A stretch of 64,000 bases of DNA from Betaproteobacteria bacterium (GCA_016192825.1 JACPTK010000053.1:2173-66172); one strand, 5' to 3'. Counted from the stretch's first letter, positions 8,026 to 18,496 are shown. Made by a program: numbers and translations. The notes: generated from the letters alone by a model not told the origin.

Positions 8026-9170
8026 CCGACTGGAATGCCATGGCGGACGAGGACTTCCGCCGGGAAGTGCGCGCGTTCTTCGAGTGGCAGTACCCGCCGC
8101 AGCTGCGCTACATCCTGCACCGCGCACGCTGGCACGAGATGAAGGACTGGTGGCGCAAGCTGTGCGAGAAGGGCTGGATCGCGCCCAACTGGCCGCGCGA
8201 ATGGGGCGGCATGGCGCTCGACGCCGGCAAGATGGTGATCTACCTCGAGGAGCTGGAGCGCCACGGCGTCGCGCGCCCGCCGGACCAGGGCATCACCCAG
8301 GTCGGCCCGCTCATCATGCGCTTCGGCACCGAGGCGCAGAAGGCCCATTACCTGCCGCGCACGCTCTCCGGCGAGTACATCTGGTGCCAGGGCTATTCCG
8401 AGCCCAACGCGGGTTCCGACCTGGCGAGCCTGCAGACCACTGCGGTGCTCGAGGGCGATCACTTTGCCGTCAACGGCAGCAAGATCTGGACCTCGCTCGC
8501 CGACGACGCGACCCACATCTATCTTCTCGCGCGCACCGATCGGCGGGCGAAGCAGCAGCAGGGCATCAGCTTCCTGCTGGTGGATCTCAAGACGCCGGGC
8601 ATCACGCTGCGGCCGATCCGCAACCTCGCCGGCCACGAGGAGTTCTCCCAGGTGTTCTTCGACAACGCGCGCGTGCCGCGCGAGGGCCTCGTGGGCGCGC
8701 TGAACGATGGCTGGACCGTGGCCAAGGCGCTGCTCGGCTTCGAGCGGCTCAACATCGGCAGCCCGCGCCGCCCGCAGTACGCGTTGAACCGCCTGGAAAT
8801 GCTCGCGCGCGCGAAGGGACTGCTCGACGACGCCGGGTTCCTCGACCGTTTCATCGCGCTCAAGCTCGACATCGAGGACGGCGCGGCGCTCTACCGGCGC
8901 TTCGTCGAGCAGGTCAAGCGCGGCGAGCCGCTCGGGCAGGACGTCTCGATGCTCAAGATCTGGACGATGGAGACGTGGCAGCGCCTGGCCGAGCTGCTGG
9001 TCGAGGCCGGCGCCGAGCAGGGCGTCATCGCGGGCGTGCACGACGTGGCCGGCGTCGAGACCGATTTCCTGAACCCGTTCTACTACTCGCGCCCCGCCAC
9101 CATCTACGGCGGCTCGAGCGAGATCCAGCGCAACATCCTCGCCAAGTACGTGCTCAAGCTGCCCAGTTGA
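8022..9170 (+). CDS. Acyl-CoA dehydrogenase family protein
   Basis: ORF 7983..9170 trimmed to ATG 8022 (MTDWNAMADEDFRREV...), which makes an ATGA overlap with the upstream stop. ACAD motifs are YIWCQGYSEPNAGSDLASL and GGSSEIQRNILAK. Confidence 0.85.
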   Translation: MTDWNAMADEDFRREVRAFFEWQYPPQLRYILHRARWHEMKDWWRKLCEKGWIAPNWPREWGGMALDAGKMVIYLEELERHGVARPPDQGITQVGPLIMRFGTEAQKAHYLPRTLSGEYIWCQGYSEPNAGSDLASLQTTAVLEGDHFAVNGSKIWTSLADDATHIYLLARTDRRAKQQQGISFLLVDLKTPGITLRPIRNLAGHEEFSQVFFDNARVPREGLVGALNDGWTVAKALLGFERLNIGSPRRPQYALNRLEMLARAKGLLDDAGFLDRFIALKLDIEDGAALYRRFVEQVKRGEPLGQDVSMLKIWTMETWQRLAELLVEAGAEQGVIAGVHDVAGVETDFLNPFYYSRPATIYGGSSEIQRNILAKYVLKLPS

Positions 9171-9209
9171 TGCTTGTGCAAACGGCCAACTCCCGTTTGC
9201 GCCTCGAAT

Positions 9210-9247
9210 CTCCCCTCTCCGCTCGGGAGAGGGGCGGGGGTGAGGGA
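9210..9247. repeat. REP-like palindromic element (CCCCTCTCC-GCTCG-GGAGAGGGG-CGGGGGTGAGGG)
   Basis: Intergenic palindrome. The same unit recurs at 39377-39414, and related units lie at 34738-34775 and 34992-35030. Confidence 0.7.
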
Positions 9248-9342
9248 CAATGCGCGGGAGTCGCCCACGATTGAATTCCGCCGCCCGGCGATTCATCATT
9301 GAGCCTTTTCCGCGTGCCACGATCCCGACGGAGGACGCAAGC

Positions 9343-9723
9343 ATGGCCAAGAGCATCATTCATACCGATAGCGCGCCGAAGGCGATCGGGACGTACTCGC
9401 AGGCGGTGCGGTGCGGCGCCACGGCGTACCTGGCGGGCCAGATCGGGCTCGATCCGGCGACCATGGAGATGGTCGCCGGCGTCGGGCCGCAGATTCACCG
9501 CGTGTTTCAGAACCTGCAGGCGGTGGCGCGGGCGGCAGGCGGCGACCTCAAGGACGTCGTCAAGCTCACCGTCTACCTGACCGACCTCGGCAACTTCGCG
9601 CTGGTGAACGAGATCATGGCGACCTATTTCCAGGCGCCCTACCCCGCGCGCGCCGCGGTCGGCGTCGCGAGCCTGCCGCGGGGGGCGCAGGTGGAGATCG
9701 ACGCCATCATGCATCTTGAGTAA
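9343..9723 (+). CDS. ridA: RidA/YjgF-family reactive intermediate deaminase
   Basis: ORF 9250..9723 trimmed to ATG 9343 (GGAGGA upstream). [22 protein letters not shown]...[22 protein letters not shown] is a typical RidA sequence. Confidence 0.85.
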   Translation: MAKSIIHTDSAPKAIGTYSQAVRCGATAYLAGQIGLDPATMEMVAGVGPQIHRVFQNLQAVARAAGGDLKDVVKLTVYLTDLGNFALVNEIMATYFQAPYPARAAVGVASLPRGAQVEIDAIMHLE

Positions 9724-9724
9724 C

Positions 9725-9836
9725 GAGTGCAAAGTGCTGAGTGCAGAGCAAGCAGCGTGAATGCGAAGGCCATCCGCGACTCAGCACTCAGCACCCGGCA
9801 CTCGGCACTGTCAGGGTTGAGCGAGTCAACCCTGAC
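9725..9836. repeat. Opposed heptamer arrays (GAGTGCA/AAGTGCT x4, then TCAGCAC/YCGGCAC x4) plus a perfect 11-bp hairpin
   Basis: Read directly: 9725-9752, 9781-9808, and the hairpin GTCAGGGTTGA-gcgag-TCAACCCTGAC at 9810-9836. They lie at the ridA/recG junction and inside the predicted recG 5' end. Confidence 0.8.
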
Positions 9837-11844
9837 CCGGCTTGCCAAGCTCGGGATCGCCAGCAAGTTCGATTTCGTCCTCCACCTGCCGCTGCGCTAC
9901 GACGATGAGACGCGGCTTTATTCGCTGAACGAGGCGCCTGCGGGCCAGCCGGTGCTGGTCGAAGGCTCGGTGGTCGAAACCGATATCCGGTACCGCCCCC
10001 GGCGCCAGCTCGTCTGCCACATACAGGACGGCAGCGGGGTGCTGACGTTGCGGTTCTTCAATTTCTATCAAAGCCAGTTGCAGCAGCTCGCCACGGGAGC
10101 CCGCGTGCGCGCCTTCGGCGAGATCCGGCACGGCTTCCATGGTCCGGAGATGGTGCACCCCAAGTACCGCCTGGTGCAGGAAGGCGCGCCGATCGCGCGT
10201 GCGCTGACACCGGTCTATCCGACCACCGCAGGCCTCGCGCAGGATGCGCTGCGCCGCCTGATCGCGCACGCGCTCGCCGATTGCGACCTCTCGGACACGC
10301 TTCCCCGGCCGCTGCGGGAGAGCCTCGGGCTGCCGCCGTTCCGGGAATCGGTGCTGCTGCTGCACAATCCACCACCGCAGACGCCGCAGGATGCGCTCGC
10401 AGGCAGGACCCACCCTGCGTGGTGTCGCGTCAAATTCGATGAGTTGCTCGCGCAGCAGCTCTCGATGCGGGAGCATTACCGCCGGCGCAAAGCGGCGGGC
10501 GCGCCGGCGCTCAAGCCGCGCGGCAAGCTGGCGCAGGCGTTGCTGTCCCGGCTGCCCTTCAAGCTCACCACGGCGCAGAACAAGGCGCTCGCGCAGATAC
10601 GCCACGATCTCGCCCTGCCGCACCCCATGCAGCGCCTCCTGCAGGGCGATGTCGGCAGCGGCAAAACCGTGGTGGCGGCGCTGGCGGCGCTGCAAAGCGT
10701 GGAAAACGGCCGCCAGGTGGCGGTGATGGCGCCCACCGAGATCCTCGCCGAACAGCACTACCGGAAATTCGCCGCGTGGCTCGATCCGCTTGGGGTCCGG
10801 GTGGCGTGGCTCTATGGCGGGCTCGGGCGCAGGGAGAAGCGCGCGGCGCTCGCCGCCGTCGCGAAGGGCGAGGCGAGCGTCGCGGTGGGCACCCACGCTT
10901 TGATCGAGGAGGAAGTCGAATTCGCCGACCTCGCGCTCGCGATCGTGGACGAGCAGCACCGCTTCGGCGTGCACCAGCGCCTTGCCCTGCGCATGAAGGG
11001 CTCCCGTCCCAATCAGGGCGCGCAGCCGCACCAGCTCATGATGAGCGCCACGCCCATCCCGCGCACGCTCGCGATGAGCTATTACGCCGACCTCGACGTG
11101 TCCGTGATCGATGAGCTGCCACCGGGGCGCGCACCGGTCACGACCAGGCTCGTGTCGGATACGCGGCGTGCCGAGGTGATCCGGCGCGTGCGCGACGCCT
11201 GCATGGCGGGCAGCCAGGCCTACTGGGTATGCCCTCTGATAGAGGAATCCGAGACATTGCAGCTGAAAACTGCGCTCGATACACATGCAGCGCTCGCCGC
11301 GACCTTTCCCGAGTTGAAGCTGGGGCTCGTCCACGGCCGCCTCAAGGGCGATGAAAAGGCGCTCGTCATGGAGGCTTTTCGCGGCGGCGCGATCCAGCTG
11401 CTGGTCGCCACCACGGTGATCGAGGTGGGCGTGGACGTGCCGAACGCGACCCTCATGGTGATCGAGCACGCCGAGCGCATGGGGCTCGCGCAGCTGCACC
11501 AGTTGCGCGGCCGCGTCGGCCGCGGGGCGGCCGCGGCCGCCTGCATCCTGGTCTATGCCAACCCGCTCACGCCGGGCGCGCGCGAGCGGCTCAAGATCAT
11601 CTACGAGAACCGGGACGGCTTCGAGATCGCGCGCCACGACCTCAAGCTGCGCGGTCCGGGCGAGCTGCTCGGCGCGCGCCAGAGCGGGATCCCGATGCTG
11701 CGCTTCGCCGACCTCGATGCCGACCTCGACCTGCTCGATCGCGCGCGCGCGGCCGCGGGGACGCTCCTGCGCGAGCGGCCCGATTGCGCGCAAGCCCATC
11801 TCGCGCGCTGGCTGGGTGCACGCCATGAATTCCTAAAGGCGTGA
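9727..11844 (+). CDS. recG: ATP-dependent DNA helicase RecG
   Basis: 705 aa. It has the wedge-domain start LHLPLRYDDETR, Walker A GDVGSGKT, DEQHRFG, and the C-terminal QLHQLRGRVGRG. The exact start is uncertain: GTG 9727 or GTG 9757. Confidence 0.9.
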   Translation: MQSAECRASSVNAKAIRDSALSTRHSALSGLSESTLTRLAKLGIASKFDFVLHLPLRYDDETRLYSLNEAPAGQPVLVEGSVVETDIRYRPRRQLVCHIQDGSGVLTLRFFNFYQSQLQQLATGARVRAFGEIRHGFHGPEMVHPKYRLVQEGAPIARALTPVYPTTAGLAQDALRRLIAHALADCDLSDTLPRPLRESLGLPPFRESVLLLHNPPPQTPQDALAGRTHPAWCRVKFDELLAQQLSMREHYRRRKAAGAPALKPRGKLAQALLSRLPFKLTTAQNKALAQIRHDLALPHPMQRLLQGDVGSGKTVVAALAALQSVENGRQVAVMAPTEILAEQHYRKFAAWLDPLGVRVAWLYGGLGRREKRAALAAVAKGEASVAVGTHALIEEEVEFADLALAIVDEQHRFGVHQRLALRMKGSRPNQGAQPHQLMMSATPIPRTLAMSYYADLDVSVIDELPPGRAPVTTRLVSDTRRAEVIRRVRDACMAGSQAYWVCPLIEESETLQLKTALDTHAALAATFPELKLGLVHGRLKGDEKALVMEAFRGGAIQLLVATTVIEVGVDVPNATLMVIEHAERMGLAQLHQLRGRVGRGAAAAACILVYANPLTPGARERLKIIYENRDGFEIARHDLKLRGPGELLGARQSGIPMLRFADLDADLDLLDRARAAAGTLLRERPDCAQAHLARWLGARHEFLKA

Positions 11845-11962
11845 CGTGTTGGTGCGTGACATGATAGAGCGTGACATGGTGCTGCGTGACATGATGAATC
11901 GTGACAAGTGTACGCACGCCGTATCACGTCACGCTTGTTCATGTCACGACTCACCACGTCAC
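11840..11962. repeat. Array of 15-bp units (CGTGACRTG-N6): 5 direct, then 3 inverted
   Basis: GTGAC occurs at 11841, 11856, 11871, 11886 and 11901, an exact 15-bp period. GTCAC occurs at 11927, 11943 and 11958. The array starts on the recG stop codon and fills the recG-ubiA spacer. Confidence 0.85.
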
Positions 11963-12021
11963 GCATCATCAAATCGCCTATACTTGATGGCCGAAGTTTT
12001 CCTCTCCGGACTGTTTGAACC

Positions 12022-12912
12022 TTGACCCTCAAGGAGCGCCTCGACGCGTACGAGCGGCTGATGCGGCTCGACAAGCCGATCGGCATCCTGCTGCTGCTGT
12101 GGCCGACGCTGTGGGCGTTGTGGTTGTCGGCGCCGGGCGCGATACGCCTCGATGTCCTGCTCATTTTCGTGCTGGGGACGGCGCTGATGCGCTCCGCCGG
12201 CTGCATCATCAACGATTTCGCCGACCGGGAATTCGATCCGCACGTGGAGCGTACCCGGGACCGGCCGCTCGCCTCGGGCCTGGTGAGCCTCCGCGAAGCG
12301 TTCGTGCTCACCGGCGTGCTGCTGCTGCTCGCCTTCGCACTGGTGCTGCAGCTCAACCGGCTTGCCGTGTACCTGTCCTTTTTCGCGGTGGCGATCACGG
12401 TGATTTATCCGTTCCTCAAGCGCGTTTTCGTGTTTCCGCAGGCCGGGCTCGGCATCGCGTTCAGTTTCGGCGTCCCGATGGCGTATGCCGCCCAGAAGGG
12501 CGCGCTGCCGGCGGCGGCGTGGGTGCTGATGCTCGCCACTTTTTTCTGGATCATCGCTTACGATACCGAGTACGCCATGGTGGACCGCAACGACGATATC
12601 AAGCTCGGCGTCCACTCTTCGGCGATCCTGCTCGGCCGCCGCGATATCGCGGCCGTCATGACGTGCCACGCCCTGTTCATCGGCATCCTGGGCGCGTTCG
12701 GCGCCTGGCAGCGGCTCGGCGCCCCGTATTACGGCGGATTGCTGGTGGCGGCGGGGCTTGCGGTGTATCAGTACCGCCTCATCCAGGATCGCGGCAGGGA
12801 CGGTTGTTTCCGGGCTTTCCTCCATAACAACTGGATGGGCGCCGCGGTCTTCGCCGGCATCTTGTTCGCCCGCATGATTGAACCTTACATTGTGGTGATG
12901 CCCGCGCGATGA
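12022..12912 (+). CDS. ubiA: 4-hydroxybenzoate polyprenyltransferase
   Basis: 296 aa with a TTG start. [23 protein letters not shown] and NDFADREFD are UbiA motifs. Confidence 0.9.
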   Translation: MTLKERLDAYERLMRLDKPIGILLLLWPTLWALWLSAPGAIRLDVLLIFVLGTALMRSAGCIINDFADREFDPHVERTRDRPLASGLVSLREAFVLTGVLLLLAFALVLQLNRLAVYLSFFAVAITVIYPFLKRVFVFPQAGLGIAFSFGVPMAYAAQKGALPAAAWVLMLATFFWIIAYDTEYAMVDRNDDIKLGVHSSAILLGRRDIAAVMTCHALFIGILGAFGAWQRLGAPYYGGLLVAAGLAVYQYRLIQDRGRDGCFRAFLHNNWMGAAVFAGILFARMIEPYIVVMPAR

Positions 12913-14381
12913 AATACAAGGACCTGCGCGATTTCCTGAACCAGCTCGAGGCGCGCGGCGAGCTGAAACGCATCGCCGCGACGGTCGATCCCCGTCTCGA
13001 GATGACCGAGATCTGCGACCGTGTGCTCAAGGCGGGCGGGCCTGCGCTGCTGTTCGAAAGGCCCAAAGGGCACGCGCTGCCCGTGCTCGGCAACCTGTTC
13101 GGCACGGTGCGGCGCGTCGCGCTGGGCATGGGGGTGGACGCCGAGGACCCCACCGCGGCGCTGCGCGACCTCGGCCGCCTGCTCGCCCGTCTCAAGGAGC
13201 CGGAGCCGCCCACGGGCTGGAAGGATGCGTGGGAGAAACTGCCGCTCTTGAGGCAGGTCCTCGCCATGGCGCCGCACGCGGTGTCGAGCGCGCCCTGCCA
13301 GGCGACCGTGTGGGAGGGCCCCGACGTGGATCTCGGACGCCTGCCGGTCCAGACCTGCTGGCCGGGGGACGCCGCGCCGCTCATCACCTGGGGATTGACG
13401 GTCACCCGCGGGCCCAGCCGGCGCCGCCAGAACCTCGGCATCTACCGCCAGCAGGTGATCGCTAAAAACAAGGTGACCGTGCGCTGGCTCGCGCAGCGCG
13501 GCGGCGCGCTCGACCACCGCGACCATTGCCTGGCGCGCCCGCGCGAGCCGTTCCCGGTCGCGGTGGCGCTGGGGGCCGACCCCGCCACGATCCTCGGCGC
13601 GGTGACGCCGGTGCCCGACGCGCTTTCCGAGTACCAGTTCGCCGGGCTGCTGCGGGGGTCGAAGACCGAGATCGTGAAATGCCTCGGCCACGACCTGCAG
13701 GTGCCGGCCGGCGCCGAGATCGTGCTCGAAGGCTGGATTCGCCCCGGCGAGACCGCGCTCGAAGGCCCGTTCGGCGACCACACGGGCTACTACAATGAAC
13801 AGGCGCGCTTTCCGGTTTTCACCATCGAGCGGATCACGGCGCGCCGCGACCCGATCTATCACTCGACCTATACCGGCAAGCCGCCCGACGAGCCGGCGGT
13901 GCTGGGGATGGCGCTGAACGAAGTGTTCGTGCCGCTGCTCGCGCGCCAGTTTCCCGAAATCGCGGATTTCTACCTGCCGCCGGAGGGTTGCTCCTACCGC
14001 ATCGCGTGCGTCAGCATCAACAAGCAGTATCCGGGACACGCCCGGCGCGTGATGTTCGGCATCTGGTCGTATCTGCGCCAGTTCCTCTACACCAAGTTCG
14101 TCATCGTCACCGACGCCGACGTCAACGTGCGTGACTGGAAGGAAGTGATCTGGGCGCTCGCAACCCGGGTGGACCCGCGGCGCGATGTCCTCATCACGGA
14201 GCACACGCCGGTCGACATCCTCGATTTCGCGAGCCCGGTGCCGGGACTGGGTTCCAAGATGGGGATAGACGCGACCAACAAGTGGCCCGGCGAGACCGAC
14301 CGGCGCTGGGGCGAGTCGATCGCGATGAGCGAGGACGTGAAACGCCGGGTGGACGCGCTGTGGGGCGAGCTGGGGCTCTGA
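12909..14381 (+). CDS. ubiD: UbiD-family decarboxylase (3-octaprenyl-4-hydroxybenzoate carboxy-lyase)
   Basis: 490 aa, N-terminus [26 protein letters not shown] overlap with ubiA. Confidence 0.9.
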   Translation: MKYKDLRDFLNQLEARGELKRIAATVDPRLEMTEICDRVLKAGGPALLFERPKGHALPVLGNLFGTVRRVALGMGVDAEDPTAALRDLGRLLARLKEPEPPTGWKDAWEKLPLLRQVLAMAPHAVSSAPCQATVWEGPDVDLGRLPVQTCWPGDAAPLITWGLTVTRGPSRRRQNLGIYRQQVIAKNKVTVRWLAQRGGALDHRDHCLARPREPFPVAVALGADPATILGAVTPVPDALSEYQFAGLLRGSKTEIVKCLGHDLQVPAGAEIVLEGWIRPGETALEGPFGDHTGYYNEQARFPVFTIERITARRDPIYHSTYTGKPPDEPAVLGMALNEVFVPLLARQFPEIADFYLPPEGCSYRIACVSINKQYPGHARRVMFGIWSYLRQFLYTKFVIVTDADVNVRDWKEVIWALATRVDPRRDVLITEHTPVDILDFASPVPGLGSKMGIDATNKWPGETDRRWGESIAMSEDVKRRVDALWGELGL

Positions 14382-14504
14382 GAACCCGCTATTCGAAGTT
14401 GTAGCGGATGCCGACGTTGAACAGGCCCAACCGCGGCATGCGCGGCTGACCCGGCACCTTGCCGCCGAAACGCACCTGGGTTTCCCTCTCGCTGTCGAGC
14501 GGGC

Positions 14505-16016
14505 TCAGCGACCCGGACGGCAGCAGGTGTCGTCAGCGCGGCGGTAGATCCATCCCAGCAGCGCGTCCTGCACGGGCTGCGCGTTGCCGGCGTTGGCGTG
14601 ATTGATGATGAAGACCACCACCACGCGCCGTCCCTGCGCGTCGAGCACGTAGCCGGCGATCGCGCGCACGCCCGCGAGCGAGCCGGTCTTGATGTGCGCC
14701 TGGCCCGCCACGGCCGCGCCCGACAGGCGCTTCCTCATGGTGCCGTCCACCGCCGCGAGCGGCAGCGAGGCGACCAGCTCGGGCATCACCGCGCTCTTGA
14801 ACGCGGCCAGCAGCAGCTGGCCGAGGTTTCTGGCGCTGATGCGCTCGCGGCGCGAGAGGCCGGAGCCGTTTTCCAGCACCAGCTCCGGGAACGAGAGGCC
14901 CTTGCCCGCCAGCCACTGGCGGAGGACGCGCCCCGACTTGTCATAAGTCGCCGGCGCACCCGCCCCCGCCGCGCCCAGTGTCAGGAACAGCTGGCGCGCC
15001 ATCAGGTTGTTGGAGAACTTGTTGATGTCGCGCACCACCTCGGCCAGCGCCGGCGACTCCACGGAGGCGAGCGGCCGCGCCTCCGGCGCGGCCGCGCCGT
15101 CGCGCACGGTGCCAGCCAGCGTGCCGCCCAGCTCGCGCCACAGCTCGCGGAACAGCCCGAGGACGTACTGGGCGTGGCCCAGCACGCTGAAATTGCGCGT
15201 CCGCTCCCCGCAGCTCGCGGGAAAAACTCCGTTGAAGGCAAGGCGCGCCGCAGTCGAATTGCCCTGCGCGTCGAGCCTGAGCTTGCCGACCCAGTCGCCG
15301 CAGGCGCCGTTTGCATCGAGCGCGAGCTGGTTGACGACCTGCACCTGGGGCAGCACCGGCAGCGTGACGATGCGCACTGAGCGGGCGTCGGTGTCCGGGA
15401 TGAATTGCAGCCGCACCGCCTTGAAATTGACCAGCAGGGCGCTGGGCCCGGTGTTGTAGGGGCGGGTCGGCTGGTCGTCGAAGCGCGAGGGGTCGTACCC
15501 CTCGACGGCGAAATACCCGCGGTCGAGCACGAGGTCGCCGCGGATGTCGCGCAATCCCCGCGCGCGCAGGTCCCGCAGCAGCAGCCAGAAATTCTCGACG
15601 GTGAGCTTGGGATCACCGTTGCCCCGGAGCACGAGGTCGCCAGACAGGACCTCGTCCTTCAGCGTCCCGGCGGCGTAGGCGGCGGTCGCCCACTTGTAGG
15701 CCGGGCCCAGCAGCTCGAGGCCGGCATAGGTGGTGAGGAGCTTGATCGTCGAGGCGGGATTTAGGACGCGGTCGGCGCCCGCCGCCAGCAGTGGGCGCTC
15801 ACTTCCGATTTCGTGCACGTAGAATCCCGCTGCGCTCTCGGGTATGCCGGCCTGCGATAGCGCGCGGGCGACCGGCTCCGGCAGTTTTGCCGGGGCCTGC
15901 AGCGGCAGCACCGCCGCGAGCAGCGCCAGCGCCGCCAGCAACCCCCCGCGGAGACGCCCCGCTCTTACCGCCGCCCCGCCCGATCGGATCAGACTTGTCA
16001 TGCCCGTTGGCGGCAT
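14505..16016 (-). CDS. dacB: D-alanyl-D-alanine carboxypeptidase/endopeptidase (PBP4 family)
   Basis: 503 aa with a signal peptide. NPASTIKLLT (SxxK), SNN and KTG motifs are present. Confidence 0.85.
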   Translation of the reverse strand: MPPTGMTSLIRSGGAAVRAGRLRGGLLAALALLAAVLPLQAPAKLPEPVARALSQAGIPESAAGFYVHEIGSERPLLAAGADRVLNPASTIKLLTTYAGLELLGPAYKWATAAYAAGTLKDEVLSGDLVLRGNGDPKLTVENFWLLLRDLRARGLRDIRGDLVLDRGYFAVEGYDPSRFDDQPTRPYNTGPSALLVNFKAVRLQFIPDTDARSVRIVTLPVLPQVQVVNQLALDANGACGDWVGKLRLDAQGNSTAARLAFNGVFPASCGERTRNFSVLGHAQYVLGLFRELWRELGGTLAGTVRDGAAAPEARPLASVESPALAEVVRDINKFSNNLMARQLFLTLGAAGAGAPATYDKSGRVLRQWLAGKGLSFPELVLENGSGLSRRERISARNLGQLLLAAFKSAVMPELVASLPLAAVDGTMRKRLSGAAVAGQAHIKTGSLAGVRAIAGYVLDAQGRRVVVVFIINHANAGNAQPVQDALLGWIYRRADDTCCRPGR

Positions 16017-16213
16017 TATGCCGCAAGGAGCTTGTCGGATCGGGTTCCGACAAGCTCCTTAGGCAAAACCGCCCCCACGAACGGGTAATAAACATCAAAG
16101 TACACTCGGTCCAGCCTGACTTGTCCTGGAATTATCCGAGGTGTCATTCTGTGTGACTCCAGCAGCAATCTGGGGCGGTTTTGCTATTAACAACCCGTCG
16201 GACCGACGGGTTG

Positions 16214-17551
16214 TTAAGCGGGCAGCGCATCGAGAATGCCGGCGGTACGCCGGACGAGCAGCTCGATCTCGTCCTCGCCGATCACGTAGGGCGGCATGAA
16301 ATAAACCGTGTTGCCGAGCGGACGCAGCAGGAGCTCGCCCTCGAGCGCCCGGGCAAAGAAGCGGGAGGCGAAGCGCGGGTCGGCGGTCTCGACGTCGAAT
16401 GCCCAGATCATGCCGGTGTTGCGGAAGTTCCTGACGCGGGGGTGCTGCGCGAGATCTCGCGCGGCGGTCCCGATCCGCGCGCTCTTGGTCCGGTTGGATT
16501 CGATGACCCGATCCTGCTCGAAGATGTCGAGCGTGGCGAGGGCCGCGCGGCAGGCAAGGGCGTTGCCGGTGTAGGAATGCGAGTGCAGAAAGCCCCGCGT
16601 CACGTCGTCGTCGTAGAACGCCTGGAACACGGCGTCGCGCGCCATCACGGCCGAGAGCGGAAGGTAGCCGCCGGTGATGCCCTTGGACAGGCACAGGAAA
16701 TCCGGCGTGATGCCCGCCTGCTCGTGCGCGAAGAAGCTCCCGGTGCGCCCGAACCCGGTCATGATCTCGTCGGCGATCAGGTGCACGCCGTAGCGGTCGC
16801 AGGCCGCCCGCGCGCGGCGCAGGTACTCCGCGTCGTGCATCGCCATGCCGCACGCGCCCTGCACCAGCGGCTCCACGATCAGCGCCGCGGTCTCGTCGTA
16901 GTGGCGCTCGAGGTGCTGCTCGAGCGCGCGCGCGCAGCGCGCCGCGTAATCGCGCGGCGACTCGCCTTTTTCCGCGAGCCGCCAGTCGGGACTGGCGACC
17001 GGGCTGCTCGTCATGAGCAGCGGCGCGTAGGTGTCCTTGAACAGGCGCACGTCGGTTACCGCCAGCGCGCCGAGGGTCTCGCCGTGATAGCTGCCGGCAA
17101 GGCTCACGAAACGCGTCTTTCCCGGCTGGCCGCTGTTGCGCCAGTAATGAAAGCTCATCTTGAGCGCGATCTCGACCGCGGACGCCCCGTCGCTCGCGTA
17201 AAAGCAGTGGCCGAGCGCGCCACCGGTCGCCCGGGCGAGGCGCTCCGAGAGGGCCACCGCCGGCTCATGGCTGAACCCGGCGAGCAGCACGTGCTCGAGC
17301 CTGCCCAGCTGGTCCGCGATCGCGGCGTTGATGCGCGGATTGCAGTGCCCGAACAGGTTGACCCACCACGAGCTGATGGCGTCCAGGTAGCGCCGGCCGT
17401 CGAAATCGTAGAGCCAGCAGCCGGCTGCCCGCGCCACCGGCACGAGCGGCAGCCACTCGTGCTGCTTCATCTGGGTGCACGGATGCCAGACGGCGGCGAG
17501 GCTGCGCTTTAGCAGCACATCGCTGCGAGTGCTAGTTTGCATTTTGTCCAC
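16214..17551 (-). CDS. bioA: Adenosylmethionine-8-amino-7-oxononanoate aminotransferase
   Basis: 445 aa. WHPCTQMK..., DEIMTGFGRTG and LSKGITGGYLPLSA are class-III aminotransferase/BioA motifs. Confidence 0.9.
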   Translation of the reverse strand: MDKMQTSTRSDVLLKRSLAAVWHPCTQMKQHEWLPLVPVARAAGCWLYDFDGRRYLDAISSWWVNLFGHCNPRINAAIADQLGRLEHVLLAGFSHEPAVALSERLARATGGALGHCFYASDGASAVEIALKMSFHYWRNSGQPGKTRFVSLAGSYHGETLGALAVTDVRLFKDTYAPLLMTSSPVASPDWRLAEKGESPRDYAARCARALEQHLERHYDETAALIVEPLVQGACGMAMHDAEYLRRARAACDRYGVHLIADEIMTGFGRTGSFFAHEQAGITPDFLCLSKGITGGYLPLSAVMARDAVFQAFYDDDVTRGFLHSHSYTGNALACRAALATLDIFEQDRVIESNRTKSARIGTAARDLAQHPRVRNFRNTGMIWAFDVETADPRFASRFFARALEGELLLRPLGNTVYFMPPYVIGEDEIELLVRRTAGILDALPA

Positions 17552-17854
17552 GGAGGTCTTAAATAAGCCGGAAGGATGACGAAAAGGAGTCGGCTTTCTT
17601 CATTCAGGCGTTACGCAGCTTCAGTCACGTGCCGTGGGTGCTGGCCCGACGCGCTGCATCCGCTCCCGCCTCGTCAACCGCAGCTTCTCCCGCAACGTTG
17701 GAAAGGAACGAGTGGCATCGTTCTTGCACTTGCCGCTGCAGGCGATGTCCGCCGGTAGGGCGGCGGGCATTCGTCCGCTCCGACCGGCGGATTTCGTCCG
17801 GCGCGGCGCGTCCGGACGAAAGCAGTGTAGCACTCGCATAGGAGCAGACCCGGC

Positions 17855-18496
17855 ATGGAGCTGCTTGAGCGCATCGAGAACCAGATCTCCGCAACCGGCT
17901 TGCCGCTGGTGGGCATCACGCTCGCGGCGATCCCCTGCCCCGACACGCCCGTGATCCTCACGCTGCACTGGCACGGGTTCATCAAGGAAAAGCTTGCCGA
18001 CACGCCGCGCGCCGAAGCGGTGTCGTACACGCCGGTGCCGAGCTCCGCGCTGCAGCTGAACGACCGCTGGCGCGATCTCGTGGCGGTGGACCGGGCGGCG
18101 ATGGAGGCGGCCTGGGAACTGGGCGCCTGGGACGTCGCGCGCGCCGAGCGCCGGGGCTGCATGCGGCCGGGCACCTCGTCCACTGAGGCGCTCGAATGCC
18201 TGCAGGCGTTTGGATCGTTCCCGTTCGGCATCAACGGCAGCCAGGTGGTCGTAGCGGACGCGCCCGACGCCGGCGAACTGGTGCAGCTGGCCGCCACGCG
18301 CGGCTACCTGTTGTGGCTGTTCCGGCCGGTCAGCGGCGGCATCTGGGCTGACGTTGCCGATGACGCCACCCTGACCTCGGGCGGACGGCGTTCCCCTCCC
18401 TGCCCGCATCGTCCCATCCCGCCCCGCTGCGACGGGAATCGCAGGACCGTCTACCGCTTCGGCATTGGCGCCCACGCGCCGCTCGATCTCGACTAA
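17855..18496 (+). CDS. Hypothetical protein
   Basis: 213-aa ORF with plausible codon usage. No recognisable domain. Confidence 0.45.
   Translation: MELLERIENQISATGLPLVGITLAAIPCPDTPVILTLHWHGFIKEKLADTPRAEAVSYTPVPSSALQLNDRWRDLVAVDRAAMEAAWELGAWDVARAERRGCMRPGTSSTEALECLQAFGSFPFGINGSQVVVADAPDAGELVQLAATRGYLLWLFRPVSGGIWADVADDATLTSGGRRSPPCPHRPIPPRCDGNRRTVYRFGIGAHAPLDLD

Noticed and set aside
6619-8127. Long antisense or overlapping ORFs across GC-rich genes (for example 6619..8127-, 9826..11826-, 28026..29717-, 32739..34337-, 47199..49427+, 57445..59115-, 61566..62906+, 62978..63988-)
   Set aside because: They are shadow ORFs opposite or out of frame with genes that have clear family motifs. Their translations are Arg/Ala/Gly/Pro-rich low-complexity strings, as expected from stop-codon depletion in GC-rich DNA.
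11840-11962. CRISPR array
   Set aside because: The period is 15 bp with no spacers of CRISPR length. The units are only core-conserved, partly inverted, and no cas genes are nearby.
14389-14504. Minus-strand remnant ending ...LGLFNVGIRYNFE*, resembling an outer-membrane beta-barrel C-terminus, just downstream of dacB
   Set aside because: Only about 35 codons, with no start or upstream continuation. It cannot be distinguished from chance without a database search. It may be a gene relic.
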